NCBI GenBank assembly: GCA_036741375.1
Contig: DAINSJ010000001.1
Location: forward strand, 7,536-51,376
Origin: Candidatus Limnocylindrales bacterium
GTDB taxonomy: Bacteria; Chloroflexota; Limnocylindria; Limnocylindrales; CSP1-4
DNA: 43,841 nucleotides
Direction: 5' to 3'
Shown: positions 25,498 through 34,188 of the stretch, in pieces
How positions within the stretch are numbered: position 1 is the stretch's first letter
Layout of the letters: each line of letters starts with the position of its first letter
Position numbers and translations under genes: made by a program
The notes under the pieces: model-generated
Seen by the model: only the letters and a program-made list of their open reading frames with translations
Databases searched by the model: none
Told to the model about the DNA's origin: nothing

Positions 25498-26499
25498 TCA
25501 GCCGGCCGAGGGCACGGCGAATCTCGCCCGCGCGGCCACCTCGGCCGAGGCCGGCAGCAACACGTCCCAGCGGCGGTCCTCGTCGGCCATCTCCGCCGGG
25601 TCTTCTCGAGAGCGAAAGAGCAGCACCGGAATCCCGGCCTTCTCGATCTCGGCCCGCAGCTTGCGAGCGTCATCGCGGCCGACTGTTGCGAACACCACGA
25701 GCCGGTCGCGTGCGATGGGCGGTTTGCCGTTGTTGAGCGCGTACTGATAGCCCTCGTCGGCAAGCGCCCGGATGAGCCGGATCTCGCGGCCCATGTCGCG
25801 ACCCTTGATCCAGAGCGCGGACCCGACGACGAGGATGTCGACGCCGAGCCCGCCGACGAGCTCCCCGGTCTCGCGGCTGACCCCGCCGTCCACGTGAACC
25901 TCGCCGCCGTGGAGCTTGTGGGACAGGATCTCGCGGGCCGGCAGCAGCTTGGCCCGGGCCACGTCGGCCATGAACGCCTGGCCACCGAACCCGGGTTCGA
26001 CCGTCATCACCGTGACGATGTCGAGGAGCTCGCGGTACGGCTCGAGGGCCGACAGCGGCGTCTTCGGCTTGATCGCGAGGCCCGCGGCCCGGCCGGCCTC
26101 GCGGATCCGCCGGAGTGTCGGCTCGATCGGTTCGGCGATCTCGACGTGGACGGTGATCGAGTCGCAGCCCGCCTCCAGGTACTCGTCGAGGTATCGCCCG
26201 GGCTCGTCGATCATCAGGTGGGCATCGAACGGCAGGCGCGTCCGGCGCCGCAGCGCCCCGATCGTCCTGGCCCCGAACGTGAGATTCGGGACGAAGTGGC
26301 CGTCCATGACGTCGAGGTGGATCCGGTCCGCGCCCTCGCGCTCCGCGCGCCGGACGGCGTTGGCGAGATTGCCGAGGTCTGCATCGAGGATGCTGACGGC
26401 AACTCGCGCTCGACCAAGGGACGGTGCGTCGGATGGGGGGAGGCGCATGGCCCGGGTCGTCGCACGGCGTTGCAGTCTCCGGCCCCGCTCGGCCGTCAT
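25498..26499 (-). CDS. rpe: Ribulose-phosphate 3-epimerase with about 85-aa C-terminal extension of unknown function
   Basis: Core motifs: VAVSILDADLGNL...IHLDVMDGHFVPNLTFG...DAHLMI...ITVH...VMTVEPGFGGQAF...HVDGGV...LVVGSAL. The start is either ATG 26499 (ATGA overlap with the rlmN stop) or ATG 26448. The track start 26748 is artefactual. The extension covers 25501-25755. Confidence 0.88.
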   Translation of the reverse strand: MTAERGRRLQRRATTRAMRLPPSDAPSLGRARVAVSILDADLGNLANAVRRAEREGADRIHLDVMDGHFVPNLTFGARTIGALRRRTRLPFDAHLMIDEPGRYLDEYLEAGCDSITVHVEIAEPIEPTLRRIREAGRAAGLAIKPKTPLSALEPYRELLDIVTVMTVEPGFGGQAFMADVARAKLLPAREILSHKLHGGEVHVDGGVSRETGELVGGLGVDILVVGSALWIKGRDMGREIRLIRALADEGYQYALNNGKPPIARDRLVVFATVGRDDARKLRAEIEKAGIPVLLFRSREDPAEMADEDRRWDVLLPASAEVAARARFAVPSAG

Positions 26500-27698
26500 G
26501 CGTCCACGCCCTCGGGCACCGGCTCCCGGCTTCGCTCGCCTCGGAGGGCCGCAGCGCTCGCCATCTCCAGGCGCTGCCGGCGCCGGGCAACCGCTGGGGC
26601 CGCTGGTGCTCCGGCCCGCTCGGCAGCGAGCTGGCCGCACGCCGCGCCGACCTCCTGGCCACGATTCCGGCGGATCGTCACCGGGATCCCGGCCGCCCGG
26701 AGCCGGCGGGCGAAGCGTTCGATGACGGGCATCGGGCTCGCCGTCCACGGCGTGTGGGCGACGGGGTTCATCGGGATCAGGTTGACGTGGACGAGGTCGC
26801 CGGCGAGGAGGGTCGCCATCGAGTCGGCGTCGAGGTCGGTGTCGTTCACCCCACCGATCATCGTGACCTCGTAGCTCACCCGGCGGCGGGTCGCGCGGGC
26901 GTGCTCGCGGGCCGCGGCCACGACCTCGCCGACCGGCCAGCGGCGATTGATCGGCACGAGGACGTCCCGAAGCGCGTCGCGTGCCGCGTGCAGGCTCACG
27001 GCCAGAGTGAACTGCGGCCCGAGCGCGGTCAGGCGCCGGATTCCCGGGACCACCCCGGAGGTCGAGACGGTGATGTGTCGCGCCCCGAGCCCGAACCGAT
27101 CGCGATCGTTGAGCGCGGCGACCGCCTCGAGCACGCGATCGAGGTTCAGGAGCGGCTCGCCCATGCCCATGAAGACGATGTTCGTCAGGTGCCGGTCCCG
27201 GCTCGCGAGGCGCCGCGCCGCGCCGCGGACCTGGTCGACGATCTCGGCCGTGTCGAGATCCCGGGCGAGTCCCAGCTCACCGGTCGCACAGAAGGGGCAA
27301 CCGACCGCGCAGCCGGCCTGGCTGGAGATGCAGAGGGTGTTCCGCTCGCGACGCCCCGGCACGGGTGGGTAGTGCATGAGCACGGACTCGATGGCGACGC
27401 CGTCCGACAGGCGATGGAGCGCCTTTTCCGTGGTGCCGCCATCGGCGAGGACGAGGTCGTCGTCGGCGATCGTGTCCCAGCGGAATGCCGCATCGATCGC
27501 CTCGCGCAGTGACGCCGGAAGCGTCGGGACGTCGGCCGCAGAGCGGACATCCGTCCGCCAGACCGCGTCCTGGATCTGGCGGGCACGGAAGGCCGGTTCG
27601 CCGCGGTCCAGCAGCCAGGCCGCGAGGGCCTCCGGCGACAGCCCGGCGATTCCGGGACGCGGATCACGGCTCAGCGCGCTCAGCATGGGTTCGAGCAT
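26496..27698 (-). CDS. rlmN: 23S rRNA/tRNA (adenine-C2)-methyltransferase RlmN (radical SAM)
   Basis: 400 aa from ATG 27698. FRARQIQDAVW..., LCISSQAGCAVGCPFCATG (CxxxCxxC radical-SAM cluster), FMGMGEPLLN, VSLHA, EVTMIGGVNDT, and LIPMNPV are all present. Track ORF 26496..29024 fuses it with out-of-gene open frame. Confidence 0.92.
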   Translation of the reverse strand: MLEPMLSALSRDPRPGIAGLSPEALAAWLLDRGEPAFRARQIQDAVWRTDVRSAADVPTLPASLREAIDAAFRWDTIADDDLVLADGGTTEKALHRLSDGVAIESVLMHYPPVPGRRERNTLCISSQAGCAVGCPFCATGELGLARDLDTAEIVDQVRGAARRLASRDRHLTNIVFMGMGEPLLNLDRVLEAVAALNDRDRFGLGARHITVSTSGVVPGIRRLTALGPQFTLAVSLHAARDALRDVLVPINRRWPVGEVVAAAREHARATRRRVSYEVTMIGGVNDTDLDADSMATLLAGDLVHVNLIPMNPVAHTPWTASPMPVIERFARRLRAAGIPVTIRRNRGQEVGAACGQLAAERAGAPAAPAVARRRQRLEMASAAALRGERSREPVPEGVDA

Positions 27699-27700
27699 TG

Positions 27701-28699
27701 TCACCGGTCGGCGACCGCTCCGTCGCGGCCAATGACGTTGGTCCCGACGGCGCCCGGATGCCCGCGGCGCCAGGCCTCGCTGGACATCCGGCGACCGCCG
27801 GCCGGCTGGACCTCGAGAAGCCGCAGGCGGTCCTCGACCGTGGCGAGGGCGATGCCGGCGCCGTCCTCGACGAGGGTCCCCGGCCGATCGCCGGGCTCGG
27901 CGGGTGCCACGACCGCCCGGTGGACCGCGACTCGCCCGAAGTCCGTCTCGACGAAGGTCCCCGGCCACGGGACGTAGGCGCGGACGCGGCGCTCCAGCTC
28001 GCGCGCCGGGGTGTCGCCATCGAGGCGTCCGTCCTCGCGCCGGAGCGGCCGCGTCAGCGTGGCGGCGGCTTCGTCCTGGGGTCGCGGCGCCAGTCGGCCG
28101 GCGAGCCAGTCCGGCAGCGACGCGAGCAGGAGCGCTGCGCCCTCCGTCGCGGCTCTCGCCTCGAGCTCCGCCGCCGTCTCGATCCCGGTGAGCGGCCACG
28201 CGGCGGCGGAGACGATCGGGCCGGTGTCGAGACCGGCATCCATGGCCATGAGCGTGACACCCGCTCGCGGATCGTCGGCGAGGATCGTCGCCGGGATCGG
28301 CGCGGCGCCCCGATGGCGTGGCAGGAGCGAGGGGTGGACGTTCAGGAAGCCCCTCGGCGGGATCCCGAGCACCGCCGGCGGCACCAGGCGGCCATAGTCG
28401 GCGAGCACACCGAGCGCCGGCCCGATGGACCGGAGGGCGTCCACCGCGGCAGCGTCGCGGAGGCTGGACGGTTGGAGCAACGGAAAGCCATGCACCTGCG
28501 CCAGTGCGGCGACCGGCACCGGAGTGAGCGTGCCTCGGCGGCCCGCGGGCCTGTCCGGCGCCGTGACGACCGCGACGATCCGTGACGCCGGATCGCCGAC
28601 GAGCGCGTCGAGAATCGGAACGGCAAACGCGCCGGACCCAAAGAAGATCGTTCGAACCGGGTCGCCGGGCCGACCGCCGCCCGCCGGCGCCGGGATCAC
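27701..28699 (-). CDS. fmt: Methionyl-tRNA formyltransferase
   Basis: 332 aa. IFFGSGAFAVPILDAL...VVTAPDRPAGRRGTLTPVPV...LNVHPSLLPRHRGAAPI are Fmt motifs. GTGA overlap with the def stop. Confidence 0.92.
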   Translation of the reverse strand: MIPAPAGGGRPGDPVRTIFFGSGAFAVPILDALVGDPASRIVAVVTAPDRPAGRRGTLTPVPVAALAQVHGFPLLQPSSLRDAAAVDALRSIGPALGVLADYGRLVPPAVLGIPPRGFLNVHPSLLPRHRGAAPIPATILADDPRAGVTLMAMDAGLDTGPIVSAAAWPLTGIETAAELEARAATEGAALLLASLPDWLAGRLAPRPQDEAAATLTRPLRREDGRLDGDTPARELERRVRAYVPWPGTFVETDFGRVAVHRAVVAPAEPGDRPGTLVEDGAGIALATVEDRLRLLEVQPAGGRRMSSEAWRRGHPGAVGTNVIGRDGAVADR

Positions 28700-29232
28700 G
28701 CGAGCGCCGGCGTCCGCACCCGCGTGCTGTCGGCCTCGTCGCCGTCCTCATCGTCGTCGTCGCCGCCGCGACCGACGGGGATGAGCTCGTCCATCGACTC
28801 GAGGTAATCGATGTACAGCTTGCCGGCGAGGTGGTCGAGCTCGTGCTGGAACGCCCGGCCGAGCAACCCCGAGCCGGTGACCTTGATCTTCCGTCCCCGC
28901 CGGTCCTGCGCGACGACCCAAACTCGCTCGCGACGGGTGACATACGCCGCATAGCCCGGGATCGAGAGACAGCCTTCGAGGTCGCGGTCATCGCCGACCG
29001 ACCGAACGATGGCCGGATTGACAAGCTCGTACAGGCGGTTCTCCACCTCGATCACACAGGCCGCAAGCGGCTCGCCGAGCTGCGGCGCCGCGAGGCCGAC
29101 GCCCGGGGCGTCACGCATCGTGTGCGCCAGGTCGTCGAGCAGGCCGTGCAGGTGGCGCCCGAAGGTTTCGACGGGCAGCCCCTTCATTCGGAGCCGCGGG
29201 TCGCCCAGGAGCACGATCGGTCGAACGCTCAT
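28696..29232 (-). CDS. def: Peptide deformylase
   Basis: From ATG 29232: MSVRPIVLLGDPRLR...GVGLAAPQLG...EGCLSIPG...QHELDHLAG, the three Def motifs. It has an acidic C-terminal tail. The track start 29304 adds 24 unlikely residues and overlaps the upstream gene. Confidence 0.9.
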   Translation of the reverse strand: MSVRPIVLLGDPRLRMKGLPVETFGRHLHGLLDDLAHTMRDAPGVGLAAPQLGEPLAACVIEVENRLYELVNPAIVRSVGDDRDLEGCLSIPGYAAYVTRRERVWVVAQDRRGRKIKVTGSGLLGRAFQHELDHLAGKLYIDYLESMDELIPVGRGGDDDDEDGDEADSTRVRTPALA

Positions 29233-29239
29233 CGGCCGG

Positions 29240-29245
29240 AGTATA
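29240..29245 (-). promoter_or_regulatory. Putative -10 hexamer TATACT 7 nt upstream of def ATG (leaderless candidate)
   Basis: The minus strand reads CTCGTATACT-ccggccg-ATG. There is no Shine-Dalgarno sequence between them. Confidence 0.4.
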
Positions 29246-29290
29246 CGAGCCGGAGGCGGGCCTCCCGGGCCCGTCGAACGGTCCGCTGGG

Positions 29291-29701
29291 TCAGTGGACG
29301 CCACCCGCCGTCGGGGGCTCGTCGGCCGTCACGGACGCGTCGGCCGACGCTGTCTCGTCGGTCGCCGGGTGGTCGCCCCGGAGCTCGGCTGCGAAATCGC
29401 GAGACTTCTCGGCGAGCTTCTGGCCGGCCTGGCCGGTGACCTCGGCCGCCTTCTGCGCCACGGGACCGGCCTTGTCACCGGCGATCGCGGCCAGTTCGGC
29501 AGCTTTGGCGCCGATCTCGCGGATGACCGGCGCGGCCTGCGTCGTGAGCTGGTCGATCATCGACTGGAGCTGGCCGACCCAATCTCGGCCCTGACCGCTC
29601 GGGTTGGTGCTGGACTCGGGCTCCGCGCTCCAGGCGAAGGTCTCGTCGGCGGCGGGGCTCTTCGTCTCGCTGGTGTCGTCGTGGCTGGTGTTGTCGGTCA
29701 T
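29291..29701 (-). CDS. Hypothetical protein with disordered acidic ends and approximately 11-residue Ala/Lys/Glu helical repeats
   Basis: 136 aa. The ATG is preceded by GGAGGAG 6 nt upstream. The central region AAPVIREIGAK/AAELAAIAGDK/AGPVAQKAAEV/TGQAGQKLAEK/SRDFAAELRGD shows period-11 repeats. I recognise no family. Confidence 0.6.
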   Translation of the reverse strand: MTDNTSHDDTSETKSPAADETFAWSAEPESSTNPSGQGRDWVGQLQSMIDQLTTQAAPVIREIGAKAAELAAIAGDKAGPVAQKAAEVTGQAGQKLAEKSRDFAAELRGDHPATDETASADASVTADEPPTAGGVH

Positions 29702-29734
29702 CTGGCTCTCCTCCGGGGCTGGGCTGGTCGGTCG

Positions 29735-29740
29735 ATCCTA
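29735..29740 (-). promoter_or_regulatory. Possible -10 hexamer TAGGAT upstream of the repeat-protein gene
   Basis: The minus strand reads GGACGTAGGATCGACC, about 34 nt before ATG 29701. The same hexamer is proposed for ileS. Confidence 0.3.
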
Positions 29741-30041
29741 CGTCCGCGAGCGAGATCCGGCATGAGCCATCCGGCCCGTGTTGTTTCGGGCGCGCTTCAG
29801 GGTCGCTACGGCCCCAACCAGATGCACGCAAGGCCGCGCTTTGGCCCGCGGGCGACGCGTTATGCCGCAGCCAGATGAACTGGACGGGATTTCGAAAGAA
29901 TTCGTCTCTTTGATTGATGCGGGGCATGAATGGGAGCGTGTGATGCCGCTGTCGCATGAAAGGAGTTGCGTCGGCGCTTTTCCTCCCCGCGTTCAGCGCC
30001 CTGGAGCATTGTGGACGCGCCGCGAATCTGTTGCGGCTCGT

Positions 30042-30064
30042 CATTGCGCCTGACCATTGCGCCT
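30042..30064. repeat. Tandem 10-bp direct repeat CATTGCGCCT (x2, 3-bp spacer) at the priA stop
   Basis: CATTGCGCCT occurs at 30042-30051 and 30055-30064. The second copy overlaps the priA stop codon (30064-30066). Confidence 0.7.
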
Positions 30065-32562
30065 CATAGCAGCGATTCCGGATCGACGTCGACCGACCAC
30101 GGCGGGCCCGGCGGTTCGCCGAGGACGGCCGCGGGATCGCGACCCCGGAGCACGACGTTGAACCGCCATCGCTCCGCCCGGCGCGCGATGAAGGCCGGCG
30201 CCGGACCGGCCACGTCGACGAGATGTCCGTCGCCGCCATCGATCGAGCCCACAGCCGCGCTGCGCACCCGCAGCGCTTGCGCGAGCTCCTCCCCCACCGC
30301 TTCGGCGGCCTCCCGATCCGGCAACGCGACGGTCAGCTTGATCAGCTTCCCGTAGGGCGGCGACCCGAACCGACGCCGCAGGTCCAGCTCGGCGTCGTAG
30401 AAGGCGTTCGCGTCGCCCGTCGCAACCGCCACGATCGCCGGGTGCTCGGGCTGGTAGGTCTGAATGAACGCCCGCCCCGGCCGCTCGCCCCGACCGGCCC
30501 GCCCGACCGCCTGGGCAAGGAGCTGGTACGTCCGCTCCGACGCACGCTCGTCCGGCAGGTTGAGCGCTACATCCGCTGAGACGACCCCGACGATTGTCAC
30601 CGAGGGCACATCGAGGCCCTTCGTCACAAGGCTGGTACCCACGAGGATGTCGATCCGCCCATCGGCGAAGGCGTCGAGAACTCGCGTGGCGGCGCCCTTC
30701 CGCTCGACGACGTCCCGATCGAGGCGACCGACCCGCAGCCCGGGGAACCGATCGCGAACCTCGCGCTCGACCCGCTCGGTGCCACCGCCGAGGTACCTGA
30801 TTCGGGCCGAGCCACAGTTCGGACAGCGGCTCGCCAGCGGCGTGGCCCGGCCGCAGTGGTGGCAGCGCAGCGTGACGCCGGCCTGGTGGTAGACCAGCGG
30901 CCGGGTGCACTCGGGGCAGGCCTGAACGTGACCGCAGTCCCGGCACAGGACGACCGAGGCCGTCCCACGGCGATTGATCGTCAGGATCGCCTGCTCGCCG
31001 GGCTCCATCTCGGCAAGCGCCTTCGCGAGTGGGAGCGACAGCATCCTGAGGTTGCCCGCCGCAAGCTCGGCGCGCAGGTCCACGATCTCGACGATCGGCG
31101 GCTCGCCACTCATCCGCACCGGCAGGCTGAATCGGCGGTACGCACCATCGCGAGCGCGACCTTCCGATTCCACGGACGGCGTCGCCGAGCCGAGGACGAC
31201 CGGCGCTCCCGCGAGCCGCGCGAGCTCGATTGCCAGGTCTCGAGCCTGGATGCGCGGCGTTCGATCGCTCTTGTAGGCCGGGTCGTGCTCCTCGTCGACG
31301 ATCACGATCCCGACGTCCTCGAGCGGCGCGAGGACCGCGAGCCGCGTCCCGACGACGACATCGACATCCCCGCTCCGAATTCGTCGCCACTCGTCGGCGC
31401 GCTCGCCTTCGCCAAGGCCGCTGTGGAGGATCGCGACGCGGGCGTCGAGGTCGGCCCGCAGGCGGTCGACGAGTGGCATCGCGAGCGCGATCTCCGGGAC
31501 GAGCACGAGGCCGGGCCGGCCGGCGTCGAGCGCGGTCGCGAGCGCCTCCGAGTAGATCGCGGTCTTGCCCCCGCCCGTGATCCCGTCGAGCAGGATCGGC
31601 TGGGACTGGCGCGCTGCGATGGCGTGCCGAATGGCTTCCAGCGCCTCCGCCTGCTCCGGGCTGACCTCGGCACCGACCGGCCGGCCGCCTCGACGACCCG
31701 GAAGCCGTCCGGCCAGGGGCCGCCGCGCGACCTCCCGGGCGTCGACCTGCACGAGCCCGCGCCGTGCGAGGCTGGCGACCGTGGAACCGCCGTGGCGCTC
31801 GGCCAGCATCGGCGCCGGCAGCCCTTCCGAGCCGGCGTCAGCGAGCTCGGCCAGGGCGGCACGTTGCCGGGGCCCGAGACGGGTGCTGCCTGTCGCCGCA
31901 TCGACGGAGGGCGCCAGACGAACGTGCCGCACGTACCGCGGCCCGACGCCCGCGGCGAGGAGGGTCCAATCGAGGTCGATCGCGCCCCGGGCCTGGAGTG
32001 CCCGCAGCCGCCGCAGCACTGCCGGCCGGCCCTCGGGCGCGTGCAGCCGGCGAACGGTCCGGGGACCCTCGCCAAGCGCGTTGAGGAGGTCCCGGTCTGC
32101 GGGATCGAGTGCGACTGCACCCTCGCCGGTCCCCTCCCCCGCATCTTTCGCCGGGGCGGGCCGGCGTTCGGCGACCAGCTCGAGCCGTTCGAGCATGCCG
32201 GGCGGCAGCATCGCCCGCAGGGTCAGCGCCGGCGGCGCGAGGTAGTGCTCGGAGATCCAGGCCGCGAGCCCCATCCCGAGCGGCGGCAGCAACGGGCCGT
32301 CGGCCCGGATGCGCTCGAGGACGGGCTTGGTCTCGACCCCTGCGCCCGGGTCGGACGCCGGACCGAGGACGATCCCGATGGCCTGCCGTCGCCCGAACTC
32401 GACGAGCACCGCCTCGCCGGGCTCCAGCGGCGCCAGCCGGGCCGGCACGTGATAGGTGAAGGCCCGTGAGCCGCCGGCTCCGGCCGCGTCGACGGCGACC
32501 GCAACCTTCGGCGCCGCGCCGATCTCGGCATCGGGCCAGGCGGCGATCGATTCGCCGGTCAT
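30064..32562 (-). CDS. priA: Primosomal protein N' (replication restart helicase PriA)
   Basis: 832 aa. LLDGITGGGKTAIY (Walker A), VIVDEEHDPAYK (DEEH), the Cys-rich zinc-binding region CRDCGHVQACPECTRPLVYH...LRCHHCG...CPNCGS, and a helicase C domain are all present. Confidence 0.93.
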   Translation of the reverse strand: MTGESIAAWPDAEIGAAPKVAVAVDAAGAGGSRAFTYHVPARLAPLEPGEAVLVEFGRRQAIGIVLGPASDPGAGVETKPVLERIRADGPLLPPLGMGLAAWISEHYLAPPALTLRAMLPPGMLERLELVAERRPAPAKDAGEGTGEGAVALDPADRDLLNALGEGPRTVRRLHAPEGRPAVLRRLRALQARGAIDLDWTLLAAGVGPRYVRHVRLAPSVDAATGSTRLGPRQRAALAELADAGSEGLPAPMLAERHGGSTVASLARRGLVQVDAREVARRPLAGRLPGRRGGRPVGAEVSPEQAEALEAIRHAIAARQSQPILLDGITGGGKTAIYSEALATALDAGRPGLVLVPEIALAMPLVDRLRADLDARVAILHSGLGEGERADEWRRIRSGDVDVVVGTRLAVLAPLEDVGIVIVDEEHDPAYKSDRTPRIQARDLAIELARLAGAPVVLGSATPSVESEGRARDGAYRRFSLPVRMSGEPPIVEIVDLRAELAAGNLRMLSLPLAKALAEMEPGEQAILTINRRGTASVVLCRDCGHVQACPECTRPLVYHQAGVTLRCHHCGRATPLASRCPNCGSARIRYLGGGTERVEREVRDRFPGLRVGRLDRDVVERKGAATRVLDAFADGRIDILVGTSLVTKGLDVPSVTIVGVVSADVALNLPDERASERTYQLLAQAVGRAGRGERPGRAFIQTYQPEHPAIVAVATGDANAFYDAELDLRRRFGSPPYGKLIKLTVALPDREAAEAVGEELAQALRVRSAAVGSIDGGDGHLVDVAGPAPAFIARRAERWRFNVVLRGRDPAAVLGEPPGPPWSVDVDPESLL

Positions 32563-32590
32563 GCGCTGGTCTTCGCGGCCGCCGCGGGCC

Positions 32591-33235
32591 TCAGACCCGG
32601 GTCCGTCGGTCCGGGTTCGCGGCCATCTCGGCCCGGATGATCTCGTCGACCCGGGCCGCCGTGTGATCGACCTGGCCCGTCTCGTTCACCACGACGTAGT
32701 CGTAGTCCTTCTGGCGAGCCAGCTCGAGGGCGGCGTTCCGCTGTCGGGTGTCGAGCTCGTCGGCGGTCTCTGTGGCACGAGCCTGGAGCCGGCCGAAGAG
32801 ATCCTCATCCGAGGGCGCGACGAGGAAGACGAGGAGCGCCTCGGGGACCTTATGCTTGATCACCGCGGCGCCCTGGACGTCGATCTTCAGGATCACGTTG
32901 TCGCCGCGCTGGAGCGCGCTGCGGACGTCCTCGCGGGGCGTCCCGTACCAGTGGCCGTGGACCTCGTTCGCCTCGAGGAGCCCACCGGCGTCGCGGAGTC
33001 GGCGGAAATCCTCTGGCTCCAGGAAGTGGTAGTGGACGCCGTCGCTCTCGTACGGCCGGCGCGGGCGGGTCGTGCAGGTGACGACATAGTGGTAGTGCGC
33101 CGCCGACGGCAGCTTCCGCAACGCTTCGATGACCGTGTCCTTGCCGACCCCGGATGGCCCCGAGACGATCACGAGCAGCGCCCCGGGCGCGCCCGAATGA
33201 TCGGGATTCGCGACGGCCGGATCCTCCGCCGTCAC
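32591..33235 (-). CDS. gmk: Guanylate kinase
   Basis: LLVIVSGPSGVGKDTV (P-loop)...TTRPRRPYESDGVHYHFL...GHWYGT are Gmk motifs. I start it at GTG 33235 (GTGA overlap with the rluD stop). The track start 33346 is likely artefactual. Confidence 0.9.
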   Translation of the reverse strand: MTAEDPAVANPDHSGAPGALLVIVSGPSGVGKDTVIEALRKLPSAAHYHYVVTCTTRPRRPYESDGVHYHFLEPEDFRRLRDAGGLLEANEVHGHWYGTPREDVRSALQRGDNVILKIDVQGAAVIKHKVPEALLVFLVAPSDEDLFGRLQARATETADELDTRQRNAALELARQKDYDYVVVNETGQVDHTAARVDEIIRAEMAANPDRRTRV

Positions 33236-34188
33236 GCCAGCCTCGGGTCGCGAAGCCGCTCGAGGACGCGCTCGAGCTCCGCCGGCAGGGCGGCCTCGGC
33301 GCGAATGATCCGGCCGGTGCTCGGCGAGGTCAGCTCGATCCGCCACGAATGCAGGAAGAGACGATCCAGCCCGTCCGGCCCGCGCCGCGAGGTTCCCGTC
33401 CCGTAGATCGGATCGCCGGCCACGGGGTGGCCGATCGCGTCGAGATGGACCCGGATCTGGTGCGTGCGCCCGGTCACGAGGTCCAGCTCGAGGAGCGTCC
33501 AGCCGGCCAACCGCTCCCGGACTCGATATCCGGTGGTGGCCGGCCGACCATCGGGGACGACGCCCATTCGCGTCCGATGCTTCGGGTCTCGCCCGATCGG
33601 CGCCTCGATGCGCCCGACCGCGGCGGAGACCGAGCCCTGGACGAGCGCGAGATAGGTCTTCTTGACGCGCCGCGCCTTCAGCTGTGCCATCAGGGACGCC
33701 TGGGCGAGGTCCTGGCGGGCGACCATGAGGAGGCCGCTCGTGTCGCGGTCGAGGCGATGAACGATGCCGGGCCGGCGCACACCGGCGATCCCGCCGAAGG
33801 CGGCGCCGCCGTCGCGCCCGAGGAGGGCGTTGACGAGGGTCCCGCTCCGATGGCCGGGCGCGGGGTGGACCACCAGCCCGGCGGGCTTGTCGACAATGAG
33901 CAGGTCGTCGTCCTCGTACACGACGGTCACCGGGATATCCGGCTCCGCCTGCGGCGTCGGCGCCTCCGGCGGCGGCACCTCGAGTCGCATGACCGTCCCC
34001 CCGCCGACGATCGTATTCGCCTTGAGGGGCTGGTTGCCGGCGGTCAGGCGACCCTGGCCGATGAGCTTTTGAACGTGGCTTCGCGTCAACCCTGTCAGGT
34101 CGGCCGCGAACCGATCGGCCCGCCCCGGCCGTGCCTCGGGCGGAACCGTGACGGTTCGGATCTCCGTCACGGCGCTCGTGTCAGCCAT
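33232..34188 (-). CDS. rluD: RluA-family 23S rRNA pseudouridine synthase (RluD-like)
   Basis: An S4 domain (RADRFAADLTGLTRSHVQKLI..GRL) plus the catalytic HRLDRDTSGLLMVAR and HQIRVH motifs. The start is ATG 34188 (8-nt overlap with the lspA end) or the track start 34212. Confidence 0.88.
   Translation of the reverse strand: MADTSAVTEIRTVTVPPEARPGRADRFAADLTGLTRSHVQKLIGQGRLTAGNQPLKANTIVGGGTVMRLEVPPPEAPTPQAEPDIPVTVVYEDDDLLIVDKPAGLVVHPAPGHRSGTLVNALLGRDGGAAFGGIAGVRRPGIVHRLDRDTSGLLMVARQDLAQASLMAQLKARRVKKTYLALVQGSVSAAVGRIEAPIGRDPKHRTRMGVVPDGRPATTGYRVRERLAGWTLLELDLVTGRTHQIRVHLDAIGHPVAGDPIYGTGTSRRGPDGLDRLFLHSWRIELTSPSTGRIIRAEAALPAELERVLERLRDPRLA

Noticed and set aside
29862-30053. 63-aa plus-strand sORF (MPQPDELDGISKEFVSLIDAGHEWERV...) in the priA-def spacer
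   Set aside because: It is not reported as a CDS. GC3 is about 58% against about 90% in genuine genes here. There is no Shine-Dalgarno sequence or -10 in front, and it is antisense to the operon direction. It is kept only as a possibility within the AT-rich island finding.
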